Assembly (NCBI GenBank): GCA_965225945.1
Contig: CBDDBZ010000029.1
Span: 1 to 64,000, forward strand
Length of the DNA: 64,000 nt
Source: Alphaproteobacteria bacterium
Lineage (GTDB): Bacteria; Pseudomonadota; Alphaproteobacteria; GCA-2731375
Reading direction: 5' to 3'
Each line of letters opens with the position of its first letter. Positions within the stretch are counted from its first letter, which is position 1. Positions 42,066 to 51,931 of this stretch are shown one piece after another. The position numbers were made by a program, and so were the translations under genes. The notes under the pieces are model-generated. The model made no database searches, was not told the DNA's origin, and saw nothing but the letters and a program-made list of their open reading frames with translations.

Positions 42066-43266
42066 GTGCGCCGGTATCGCCGGCGAGGAGTAGCGGATGA
42101 GAGAGCCGTACGGTGAAGGGTTAGCCATCCACACCGGCCCCGAGTCATGCGCCTGCGGTCCGCGAGGGCGAGGCGAAGCGTTGACAGGGGTACATGTGGG
42201 CTGGGTATTGAGCCGCAAAAAATGCGCATTCGAGGCGCCGACCCTGTGGGTCTATGGGGAAGGCCACACCGACGAGCGCGCATTGGCGAGCGCTCGGAGG
42301 GCCTTGCGCGGTCGTAGAGCCCACGCACGCATGGAAATCGCCTGAGCGGAAACCGGGAGATCTCTCGAGTGGCCGTCCTTGCGTTTGCGCGGTCCGCATC
42401 GGGAAGGCCCGAAGGGCCGTAGCCGATGACGCACGCTCGAGAGAAGTCAGATTCGCCCATAGTACCTGGGAAGCCGACGAACAAAGCCTTGTGCGAGGCG
42501 GCGGAGCCGGTGGAGGGAAGGGGCGGAGCCAAGGGGAACGTGGGTCAGCAACGCAGGCGCCGGACGCGGAGTCGGGAAAGCCTGTCACAGGGGCTGGAGC
42601 GCGTACGAGAAGCGGCGAGACGAGATGGGAAACTAAAGTTCACCGCGCTGCTGCACCATGTCGATGTCGAACTCCTTCGGGCCTCCTACCTGGCGCTGAA
42701 GCGCGACGCGGCGCCCGGAGTGGACGGCATGACGTGGCAAGAGTACGGCCAGGATCTGGAGCAGCGTCTCCCGAACCTGCATGGGCGGCTCCATCGGGGC
42801 GGCTACCGGGCTCTGCCGAGCCGGCGACAATTCATCGCGAAGTCGGACGGCTCGGCGCGGGCATTGGGGATCGCGGCCCTGGAGGACAAGATCGCCCATA
42901 TGGCCGTGAGCACGGTGCTGAACCAGATTTACGAGGAAGATTTCCTCGGGTTCAGCTACGGCTTCCGTCCGGGGCGCAACCAGCACGACGCGCTGGACGC
43001 GCTCGCGGTGGCGATCACCGAGCGCGAGGTGAACTGGATCCTGGACGCCGATATATCCGGCTTCTTCGACTCATCCGACCAAAACTGGCTGAGAGGGTTC
43101 CTAGAGCGCCGGATCGGAGATCGGCGTCTCCTCCGCCTTACGGCCAAGTGGCTGAAAGATGGTATATCGCGGCGGCTGTGGCTGATGATATCAGGATGAT
43201 GGCAGCCCCTTCACGCATGATCGTTCAATCGGGGTCGCCCTGACCTCGAACATCGAGGAAGGAGCG

Positions 43267-44316
43267 ATGACGATGGCACATTTCGTAGGTCTGGATGTTT
43301 CGGTGAAGGAGACGGCGGTATGCGTCGTCGACGAGGTTGGCGAGGTGGTGTTGGAGCGGAAAGTACCGACCGAGCCGGACGACATCGTCACGCTGCTGAC
43401 CTCGATCGGCGTGGCCTATGGCCGGATCGGGATCGAAGCCGGTCCGCTCTCGCAATGGCTGGTCAACGGTCTTGCCGCCGCCGGGCTGCCGGTTGTCTGC
43501 GTCGAGACTCGGCACATGAAAGCACTGCTCAAGGGGCAGCAGGTCAACAAGAGCGACCGCAACGATGCGCGCGGCATCGCCCAGATGATGCGGGTCGGGC
43601 TGTTCAAGCCGGTGCATGTGAAGACCCTGGTTGCCCAGGAGCAGCGGATGCTGCTGACCAGCCGCAAGCTGCTCCAGAGAAAACTGCTCGACGTCGAGAA
43701 CGATCTACGCGGGACGCTGCGCAACTTCGGTCTCAAGGTGGGCATGGTCAGCACCCGCGGGTACGAGGCGCGGATCCGCGAGCTGGTCGAAGACTTTCCG
43801 AAGCTGGCCGCTATTGTGGAACCGCTGCTCACCGTCCGGCGAGTGATGCGCCGGCAGTTCGCGGTCCTCCACAAAATGGTGCTCGACACGGTCCGCCATG
43901 ACCCGGTCTGCCGACGGCTCATGACGGCACCCGGCGTCGGCGTGGTCGTCGCGCTGACCTACCGGGCTACCATTGATCAGCCGCAGCGCTTCGTTCACTC
44001 CAGGGCGGTCGGCGCGCATGTCGGCCTGACGCCGAAGCGCTTCCAGTCCGGCGAGATCGACTATGATGGTCGCGTGTCCAAGTGCGGCGACAGCATGCTC
44101 CGCACGATGCTGTACGAGGCCGCGCAGTCGCTCCTCACCCACGGCCGGAAATGGTCCTGGCTGAAGGCGTGGGGCATGCGAGTGGCCCAGCGACGTGGCA
44201 TGCGCCGTGCCATCGTCGCCGTCGCGAGGCGCCTGGCCGTAATTCTGCACCGCATGTGGGTCGACGGCACCGAGTTCCGCTGGAGCAACGGCCCTACCGC
44301 CGCCAAGGCGGCTTGA
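43267..44316 (+). CDS. IS110-family DEDD recombinase/transposase
   Basis: VGLDVS, IGIEAG, KSDRNDA, GLTPKRFQSGE, VAVARRLAVILHRMW. Confidence 0.96.
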   Translation: MTMAHFVGLDVSVKETAVCVVDEVGEVVLERKVPTEPDDIVTLLTSIGVAYGRIGIEAGPLSQWLVNGLAAAGLPVVCVETRHMKALLKGQQVNKSDRNDARGIAQMMRVGLFKPVHVKTLVAQEQRMLLTSRKLLQRKLLDVENDLRGTLRNFGLKVGMVSTRGYEARIRELVEDFPKLAAIVEPLLTVRRVMRRQFAVLHKMVLDTVRHDPVCRRLMTAPGVGVVVALTYRATIDQPQRFVHSRAVGAHVGLTPKRFQSGEIDYDGRVSKCGDSMLRTMLYEAAQSLLTHGRKWSWLKAWGMRVAQRRGMRRAIVAVARRLAVILHRMWVDGTEFRWSNGPTAAKAA

Positions 44317-44369
44317 ACCTTCGGCTGTACCGACAAGGAGATCAACGCGTTCTGCTCCGGCAGAGAGAG

Positions 44370-44530
44370 GCCCTCACGGGGACGACGGGTGGGGTGAGTT
44401 CGTAATGTCTGCAGATCCTGCCGCTGAGCGGCGGCAAGGGCGCGCAAAAGATTGAACCGCCTCATCCTCTTATCCCATCATGAGGTGGTCACGCGCCAAC
44501 CTCGAAGAGAAGCAAGAGCCCCGTGCGGCA
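44370..44530 (+). ncRNA. Candidate bridge/seek RNA of the IS110 element
   Basis: Outer stem CACGGGG/CCCCGTG encloses two hairpin-containing loops whose flanks match the target site and the element ends. Confidence 0.7.
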
Positions 44531-46230
44531 ACATCCGCCAGTGCGGAACGACGTGAAGAAGGAATATGGCATGACGTAACCAGAAAGGGCTTGACCGAGG
44601 ACGCGATAGAGAAGCCGGCATTATGCAAGATGGCAAACTCACGGTCCCGGAGCAGGGGACGCCACAGGGCGCGGTGCTCTCACCGCTGCTCTCCAACGTC
44701 TACCTGCACTATGTCCTGGACTTGTGGGCGCACCAATGGCGTCGGCGCCATACCCACTGCGACATGGTCATCGTCCGCTACGCGGACGACTTCGTCGTGG
44801 GCTTCGAGTACCGGGAAGACGCGCTTGCCTTCCGGGCGGCATTGGAGGAACGCTTGCGGGCTTTCGGCCTCGCGCTGTTCGCGGAGAAAACCCGGCTCAT
44901 CGAGTTTGGGCGGCACGCCGCGAAAAGTCGGAAGGGCCGAGGCGACGGCAAGCCGGAGACGTTCGACTTCCTGGGCTTCACGCACATCTGCGCGAAGGAC
45001 CGGAAGGGACGGTTCCAACTGCGACGCAAGACGCGGCGTAAGCGCATGGGGGCGAAGCTCGGGGAGATCAAGCGCGAACTCCTCCGGCGACGGCATCAGC
45101 CAATCGCCGAGCAGGGCCGCTGGCTGGCATCGGTGGTGCGAGGCTACTTCGCGTACTTCGCCGTGCCGACCAACGCTCCGGCCCTGAATGCCTTCCGCTA
45201 TCAGGTCGCCCGGTTCTGGCTGAAAGCGCTCCGGCGCCGCAGCCAGAACGACCGCACGACCTGGAAGGTCTTTGCCAAGCTGGTCGAGCGCTGGCTTCCG
45301 CCAGTGACGATCCTCCATCCCTGGCCGTCGAAGCGGTGACGGGGCATGGGGTGTAGGATCCGGATCGGCGGGAAGAAGCGATCGACGAGACGGCTGAACT
45401 TCTCCCAGTTGAGATACGCCCGTTGACTGCGGCGCCGAAGCGCGCGCCGCCACAGGTGCATCAAGCGGGAGAAGAACCAGGTGAGGCTGCCGGCATTCAG
45501 GGGAACGGCGTAGTAGTTCAGGTGCCCAGTGAGCACCTTGTTGAGCCACGCGCCTGTCTCCGCGACGGGATTGTGCCAACGTCGGCGCAACTCCGTCTTG
45601 ATCGCCAGCAGCTGCGCCCGCATCCGTTTCTTGATCGTTCTGCGCCCGATAACGAATGCGCCGGTGATCCAGGACCGCGAGCAGAAGTGGGTGAAGCCGA
45701 GGAAGTCGAAGGTCTCCGGCTTCCCCTGCCCCCGCTTCTTGCGATCCATGGCCGCGAAACGGCCGAAGCGGATCAGCCGGGTCTTCTCCGGGTGCAACGC
45801 CAACTCGAACGCGCCCATCCTTTCCTCCAACTCGTGCCGGAAGCGCCGCGCCTCATGCTCATGCTGGAAGCCGAGCACGATGTCGTCCGCATAGCGGATG
45901 ACGATCACGTCGCCAGACGTCGTCTTCCGACGCCAAGCGTGGGCCCAGAGGTCGAACACGTAGTGCAGGTAGATGTTCGCCAGGATCGGTGAGATCACCG
46001 CCCCTTGTGGCGTTCCCCGGCAACTCCGCGTGACCCGGTGCTCATCCGTGGTGCCCACCTTCAGCCACTTCGCGATGAGACGCAGGATGCGCTTGTCCAG
46101 GATCCGGTGCCGGAGTGTGGAACGGCGTGCAAAGTTGCCCCCTGTTGAGGGGTGATCGGCGTCCAAATTTGACCCCCTGAGCCTGGCTAGTCCAAGTCAC
46201 CTCGTTTTTGGGCGGACGAGGTGGTGGGGG

Positions 46231-47742
46231 ATGTTGGTCGTGGAGACGATAGCGCGGATCCGGCGGGAGTATTTCGTCAAGGGGAAGCCGATCAAGGAGA
46301 TCGTGCGGGACGTGAAGGTCTCGCGCAACACGGTGCGCAAGGTGATCCGTTCGCAGGCGACGGCGTTCACCTACGACCGGCGGGTCCAGCCGATGCCGAA
46401 GCTGGGGCCGTGGACGGCCGAGCTGGAGCGGATGCTGGAGGCCAACGAGACCAAGTCGAAGCGGGAGCGGCTGACGCTGCTACGGATCTCCGAAGCCCTC
46501 GAGGGTCTGGGCTATGGCGGCGGCTACGACGCGGTGCGGCGCTACGCCAAGGCGTGGCGGTGGCGCCGTTCGGCATCGACGGCGCAGACCTATGTGCCGT
46601 TGGTGTTCTCGCCGGGCGAGGCCTATCAGTTCGACTGGAGCCACGAGTACGTGGTGCTGGCGGGGGTGACGACCAAGGTCAAGGTCGCGCACGTCCGGCT
46701 GTGCCACAGCCGAATGTTCTTCGTCCGCGCTTATCCGCGCGAGAGCCAGGAGATGGTGTTCGACGCCCACGACCGGGCATTCCGGCTGTTCCAGGGTGCC
46801 TGCCGGCGAGGCATCTACGACAACATGAAGACGGCGGTGCAGACCGTCCTCATCGGCAAGGAGCGCGCGTTCAACCGGCGCTTCGTGCAGATGTGTGGCC
46901 ACTACCTGGTTGAACCGACAGCATGCACGCCGGGAGCGGGATGGGAGAAGGGGCAGGTCGAGAACCAGGTCGGGATCATCCGCGGTCGGTTCTTCACCCC
47001 GCGGCTGCGCTTCAAGACCTACGACGAACTCAACGCCTGGCTCTTGGACCAGTGCGTCGCCTACGCCCGGCGTCATCCCCACCCGGTGTTCAAGGACAGG
47101 ACTGTCTGGCAGGTGTTCGAGGACGAGCGTCCGTCCCTGGTCGGCTATCGCGGGCCGTTCGACGGCTTCCACGCGGTCCCGGCGTCGGTGTCGAAGACCT
47201 GCCTGGTGCGCTTCGACAGCAACAAGTACAGCGTGGCGGCGCGCGCCGTCGGCCGTCCGGTCGAGGTCCATGCCTACGCCGATCGCATCGTCATCCGCCA
47301 GGACGGCGAGATCGTCGCCGAGCATGCCCGGCGCTTCGGCCGCGACCAGACCGTCTATGACCCGTGGCACTACGTGCCCGTGCTGGCGAGGAAGCCCGGT
47401 GCGCTTCGTAACGGCGCGCCGTTCAAGGACTGGGCGCTGCCCGGCGCCCTGGGTCGCGTGCGCGTCCGGCTCGCCGGCCACGACGACGGCGACAGGCAGA
47501 TGGTCGAGATCCTCACCGCCGTGCTGGCGGATGGGCTGGCGGCGGTGGAGGCCGCCTGTGCCGAGGCGCTCGCTGGCGGCGTGTGCAGCGCCGACGTCGT
47601 GCTCAACATCCTCAATCGTCGGCGCCAGCCGTCCGAGACGGCGCCGATCCCGACGCCCGCGAACCTGCGTCTTCGCTTTGAGCCGGTGGCCGATTGCACC
47701 CGCTACGACCGCTTGAGGGGGGTCGGCCATGGAGCGCCATGA
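46231..47742 (+). CDS. istA: IS21 transposase IstA
   Basis: [25 protein letters not shown]. Confidence 0.97.
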   Translation: MLVVETIARIRREYFVKGKPIKEIVRDVKVSRNTVRKVIRSQATAFTYDRRVQPMPKLGPWTAELERMLEANETKSKRERLTLLRISEALEGLGYGGGYDAVRRYAKAWRWRRSASTAQTYVPLVFSPGEAYQFDWSHEYVVLAGVTTKVKVAHVRLCHSRMFFVRAYPRESQEMVFDAHDRAFRLFQGACRRGIYDNMKTAVQTVLIGKERAFNRRFVQMCGHYLVEPTACTPGAGWEKGQVENQVGIIRGRFFTPRLRFKTYDELNAWLLDQCVAYARRHPHPVFKDRTVWQVFEDERPSLVGYRGPFDGFHAVPASVSKTCLVRFDSNKYSVAARAVGRPVEVHAYADRIVIRQDGEIVAEHARRFGRDQTVYDPWHYVPVLARKPGALRNGAPFKDWALPGALGRVRVRLAGHDDGDRQMVEILTAVLADGLAAVEAACAEALAGGVCSADVVLNILNRRRQPSETAPIPTPANLRLRFEPVADCTRYDRLRGVGHGAP

Positions 47743-48457
47743 GGTCCTGGAGATGATGGCCGCACTCAAGCTCGCCGGCATGCGCGACGCGTTCGACGAG
47801 GTGCTCGCCGACGGCCTCAAGCGCCAGCATCCGATGCAGCGAATCATCGGCGAGCTGTTGAAGGCCGAGATCGCCGACAAGCAGGCGCGATCCATCAAGT
47901 ACCAGATGAGTGGCGCCAAGCTGCCGCTGGCCAAGGAGCTGGCCGACTTCGACTTCACCGACACCCCGGTCAACGAGCCGCTGGTCCGCGAGTTGGCGGT
48001 CGGCGGCTTCCTGGCCAACCAGCGCAACGCCGTGCTGATCGGCGGCACCGGCACCGGCAAGAGCCATCTCGCCGTCGCCATCGCGCGGGCCTGCATCCGC
48101 GATGGCGCCCGGGGCCGCTTCTTCAACGTCGTCGACCTGGTCAACCGGCTCGAGGCCGAAGCCCGCGCCGGCCGCCAGGGCCGGCTCGCCGATCAGCTGG
48201 CCCGGCGCGACCTCGTCATCCTCGACGAGCTCGGCTACCTGCCCTTCGCCCAAACCGGAGGCCAGCTGCTGTTCCACCTCGTCAGCCGGCTCTACGAGCG
48301 CACCTCGATCATCGTCACCACCAACCTGACCTTCGGCGAATGGCCGTCCGTCTTCGGCGACGCCAAGATGACCACCGCGCTCCTCGATCGTCTGACGCAC
48401 CACTGCGAGATCATCGAGACCGGAAACGACTCCTGGCGCTTCAAGAATCGGTCCTAA
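47729..48457 (+). CDS. istB: IS21 helper ATPase IstB
   Basis: Walker A and B motifs; same protein as 12624..13352. Confidence 0.97.
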   Translation: MERHEVLEMMAALKLAGMRDAFDEVLADGLKRQHPMQRIIGELLKAEIADKQARSIKYQMSGAKLPLAKELADFDFTDTPVNEPLVRELAVGGFLANQRNAVLIGGTGTGKSHLAVAIARACIRDGARGRFFNVVDLVNRLEAEARAGRQGRLADQLARRDLVILDELGYLPFAQTGGQLLFHLVSRLYERTSIIVTTNLTFGEWPSVFGDAKMTTALLDRLTHHCEIIETGNDSWRFKNRS

Positions 48458-48937
48458 AGGCAACCGATCCACCTGCCGCCCGGTCGCCCAGGTGGGCCCA
48501 CAGGAACCTCCCACGCGCGGTCCGCCGCCAGCCGCGTGGTGGGCGCGTCGGCCCGCGCGCGGGCCCCTCCTATGGACTACCTGTACGACCTCCGCCGTGC
48601 ATCCCCAAAGCGGTCAACATTGCACGCCGATAGGGGGTCAATGTTCAACGCCGATTGACACCGGAGAAAGCGGAGCATCCAGTCGTGGCTCATGGCATCG
48701 AAGAAGCCTTGAATGTCCGCGTCCAGCACCCAGCCCACCCGCTTCCGATAGATCCCGGCATGGAGCGCGTCCAACGCATCGTGCGGACCGCGACCCGGCC
48801 GGAAGCCATAGGAGAAGCCCAAGAAGTCCGCCTCCCAGATCGCCTCCAGAATGAACGCCACCGCCTGCTGGACGATCTTGTCCTCCAGGCAGAGGATACT
48901 GAGCGGACGCTCCGTGCCGTCCGGCTTCGGGATGTAA

Positions 48938-50105
48938 TACCGGTGACCCCATGATGTGACTCTTGGGGGGATTCCCTCGGTGCGGATTTTGTGATTCCCT
49001 CACTCCCACACAACATATGGTGGGGTTGAGATGGTTGCGCTCAAGATACGGGATGATATGACGGCGGATGAGCTTCGGCGCTGGGCCCGCACCTCGGCCC
49101 GGGGTCGGGCGGCGGCGCGGGCCTACGCGATCGCCAACGCGCTGGAAGGGATGAGCCGGGACGAGGCGGCGCGCTTGGCCGGGATGGAACGCCAAGCGTT
49201 GCACGACGCGGTCGTTCGCTACAACGCCGAAGGGCTGGCGGGACTGTTCGATCGTCCCAAGGGTCGCCCTCCCTTCCGCTTGAACGCGGACGAGGAGGCG
49301 GCCTTGAAGGCGGTCGTCCTCGACGGGCCGGATCCCGAGCGCGACGGGATCTCGGCCTGGACCCGCGCCGATCTCTGCCGTTGGGTGGAAGAGAGGTTCG
49401 CCAAGACCTATCACCCCTCCTCGATGAGCCGGGTGCTGCGACGACTGGATTTGTCGCGCCAGAAGATACGCCCGGCCCATGCGAAGAAGGACCCGGAGGC
49501 CGAGGAGAGCTTCAAAAAAGGGGGCTTCGCGCGCGCCTGAAGGCGGTTCGCGAGGCCCATCCCGGCAAGCGCGTCGAACTCTGGTTTCAGGACGAGGCCC
49601 GCGTCGGCAACAAGGGGCGGGTCTGCCATCGCTGGTGGCGCCGGGGAGAGCGCGCCAGGGGACCCAGGCAGATCGGCTACCAATGGGCCTATATCTATAC
49701 CGTCGTGCATCCGGCGAGCGGCGCCGACTTCACTCTCGTGCTCCCCGCCGTCAATGCCGATCTCATGAACCTGTTCCTCGCCCGCTTCGCCGCCACCCTG
49801 CCCGAGGACGTCCACGTCGCGACCGTCCTCGACGGCGCCGGTTGGCACGACCCCAGGGCACTCGACATCCCGGAGAACCTCACTCTGGTCTTCCCGCCGC
49901 CCTACTGTCCCGAGCTCAATCCCGTCGAGCGTCTGTGGCTCTACCTCAGAGACCGCTTCCTCTCGATCCGCGTCCTCGACGACACCAACGCCATCATCGA
50001 CGCCTGCTGCGCCGCGTGGAACAAACTCCTTGACGAAGAGGACCGAATCCAATCTCTCTGCGCATACCCCTGGATCATGGAGATCAGTTCATAGGCTCAC
50101 TGGTA
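48938..50105 (+). mobile_element. IS630-family element, full length; transposase 49031..50094 via a probable -1 frameshift
   Basis: TA-flanked IRs TACCGGTGACCCCATGA / TACCAGTGAGCCTATGA; AAAAAAGGGGG slippery site near 49514; FQDEARVG, LDGAGWH, PELNPVE. Confidence 0.94.
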
Positions 50106-50213
50106 TGATACCAATCGACGTAAGTCCCGGGTGGCCCGGCGATCGCGCGCGGGCGGACCGTGCCGTGGCGCGATCCGCATCTCCGGGTGGTCTTGGGCCG
50201 AGGGGCGGAAAGG

Positions 50214-51485
50214 ATGCGCAACGTGGTGACCGCGCACCAGGTCGAGTCGAGATATGCCTGCCTGCGCGCGCTGGCCTCGCTCGCGCTGATGACCTGCGGC
50301 GGTGTCGCCATGTTTGGCGTCGTGGTGATCTTGAAGCCGGTGGCCGAGGAGTTCGGGGTCACCCGCTCCATGGCTTCGATCCCCTTTGGCCTGACCATGC
50401 TCGGCTTCGGCCTTGGCGGCATCCTCATGGGCCGCTGGGGCGACCACTCTGGCGTGATGCGCCCGGCGACATTCGGCTCAGGCGTCCTGGCGCTCGGCTT
50501 CGTGCTCGCCGGCAACGCGCAAAATCTCTGGCAGCTCTGTCTCCTGCAAGGAGTGATGATCGGCCTTTTGGGGCACGCCGCCGTCTTCACCCCGCTGGTG
50601 GCCGACATCACCCACTGGTTCGACCGGCGCCGCGGCATGGCGGTCGCCGTGGTCATCAGCGGCAACTATCTGGCGGGCGCGGTCTGGCCACCGATCATCC
50701 AGCACTTCATCGACGAGGTCGGCTGGCGCCAGACTTACATGGGAATCGGTGTCTTCTGTTTCTGCTCCATGCTGCCGTTGACCCTGGCGCTGAGGCCGAA
50801 GCCACCCGAGGCGGTGCCCGGCGCCCAGGCGTTCGGCGGCGATCCTCGGCGCGATCTCGGCCTGCGGCCGGCGAGGCTGCAATCGGCGCTCTGCCTTGCC
50901 GGGGTCGGCTGTTGCGTCGCCATGGCGATGCCCCAGGTCCATATTGTCGCCCTTGTCGGCGATCTCGGGCACGCCGCCCAGCGGGGCGCGGAAATGCTGG
51001 CGATCATGTTCGGCTGCGGGGTCGTCAGCCGCTTGATCTCGGGCTGGATCTCCGATCGGATCGGTGGCCTCGAGACCTTGATTCTCGGCTCCGTCCTTCA
51101 GGCCCTGGCGCTGGCGCTGTTCCTGCCGGCGCACTCGCTCTGGGCGCTCTATGTCGTGGCGGCGCTGTTCGGCCTCGGCCAGGGCGGCATCGTGCCATCC
51201 TATGCGGTGATCGTGCAGCGCTATTTCCCGATCGGCGAGGTCGGCCGCCGGCTCGGCACGGTGATGTTCGCCACCATGGCGGGGATGGCCCTCGGCGGCT
51301 GGCTGGCCGGCGCGCTGCACGATCTGGCCGGCGACTATAGCCTCGCGCTGATCGGCGCGATCGCCTTCAACCTCCTCAACTTGGGCGTCGTCGCCTGGCT
51401 TCTGGCGCGGGCGCGGCGCGGGCCGGTCGGCGGCGCGCAGGCTCCGGCCCGGGCGCTCCCCGGCCGCGTGCTCACAAGAAAATGA
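50214..51485 (+). CDS. MFS transporter
   Basis: Multiple TM segments, WFDRRRGMA, GWISDRIG. Confidence 0.9.
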   Translation: MRNVVTAHQVESRYACLRALASLALMTCGGVAMFGVVVILKPVAEEFGVTRSMASIPFGLTMLGFGLGGILMGRWGDHSGVMRPATFGSGVLALGFVLAGNAQNLWQLCLLQGVMIGLLGHAAVFTPLVADITHWFDRRRGMAVAVVISGNYLAGAVWPPIIQHFIDEVGWRQTYMGIGVFCFCSMLPLTLALRPKPPEAVPGAQAFGGDPRRDLGLRPARLQSALCLAGVGCCVAMAMPQVHIVALVGDLGHAAQRGAEMLAIMFGCGVVSRLISGWISDRIGGLETLILGSVLQALALALFLPAHSLWALYVVAALFGLGQGGIVPSYAVIVQRYFPIGEVGRRLGTVMFATMAGMALGGWLAGALHDLAGDYSLALIGAIAFNLLNLGVVAWLLARARRGPVGGAQAPARALPGRVLTRK

Positions 51486-51611
51486 TTCCCCGCCGGCCGC
51501 ACCTTTGATCGTGATGAGCCGATGGCGATCGCGTTCGCGAACCCCGGTCGGATAGACTGAGCCGGCAATTCGAGCTGTCGATCGACGAAATGGACCGAAG
51601 GGAAATGTCCG

Positions 51612-51893
51612 ATGGCGTTGGCGAACGATGAATTGGCCCTCGACCTCGCGCATCTGCGAGCCGCCGCGCGCGCCGGCCTCGACTCGCTTGATCAGGTCGA
51701 GGGATTTCACAACATCGGCCTCGCGGTCCAAGTGGCGACCTATGACGATACGGGCATCGCCGGTCGCGCCGTCGAGATCCGTCTGCAAGGTGAGGCGGCA
51801 TCGGCGGTGGTCGAGGCGATGCGCCACGCCCTCGAGGAAACGCTCGCCGGCGCCAACAAGGCCCTGGGCGAGCACGCGAGCGGCGCGGACTGA
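51612..51893 (+). CDS. Hypothetical protein
   Basis: 93-aa ORF with typical codon usage and an RBS, co-oriented with cinA. Confidence 0.55.
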   Translation: MALANDELALDLAHLRAAARAGLDSLDQVEGFHNIGLAVQVATYDDTGIAGRAVEIRLQGEAASAVVEAMRHALEETLAGANKALGEHASGAD

Positions 51894-51931
51894 ACGGGTG
51901 GGTCGCGAATAGTCCCTCGGGAGAGAGAGAC

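Larger units (their letters stand above)
43159..44611 (+). mobile_element. IS110-family element, IS1111-type
   Basis: AAG core at both junctions, short sub-terminal IR TATCGCG/CGCGATA, about 295-nt non-coding region downstream of the recombinase. Confidence 0.9.
42066..45339 (+). mobile_element. Group II intron A (bacterial class E-like), interrupted by IS110; 3' catalytic domains missing
   Basis: 5' GTGCG boundary, structured 5' region, RT/maturase ORF; no domain V/VI after the ORF. Confidence 0.88.
42426..45339 (+). pseudogene. Group II intron reverse transcriptase/maturase (42426-43158 joined to 44615-45339)
   Basis: FTALLHHV, APGVDG, SYGFRPGR, LDADI..FFD, GTPQG, RYADD, FDFLGFT; removing the IS restores KWLKAGIM in frame. 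Confidence 0.93.
46116..48660 (+). mobile_element. IS21-family element, copy 2 (intact)
   Basis: TGTGGAACGG...TTGACA ends; 6-bp DR CCGGAG at 46110-46115 and 48661-48666. Confidence 0.97.
45326..48937 (-). pseudogene. Group II intron B RT/maturase fragment (48937-48661 and 46115-45326), split by IS21 and 5'-truncated at IS630
   Basis: YIPKPDGTERPL...SYGFRPGR...DWMLRFLR joined to HRILDKRILRLIAKWLK...GTPQG...RYADD...FDFLGFT; diverged from RT A. Confidence 0.92.

Noticed and set aside
12421-48660. Inversion of the dnaA-containing segment between the two inverted IS21 copies
   Set aside because: Copy 2 keeps its matching CCGGAG direct repeats and continuous RT flanks, so these two copies have not exchanged flanks.
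42426-48937. RT genes as a retron, DGR or defence-associated RT system
   Set aside because: Both have group II intron RT/maturase motifs (YADD, X domain) and intron A has a GTGCG 5' end. No TR/VR pair, msr-msd or effector gene is visible, and both ORFs are interrupted.
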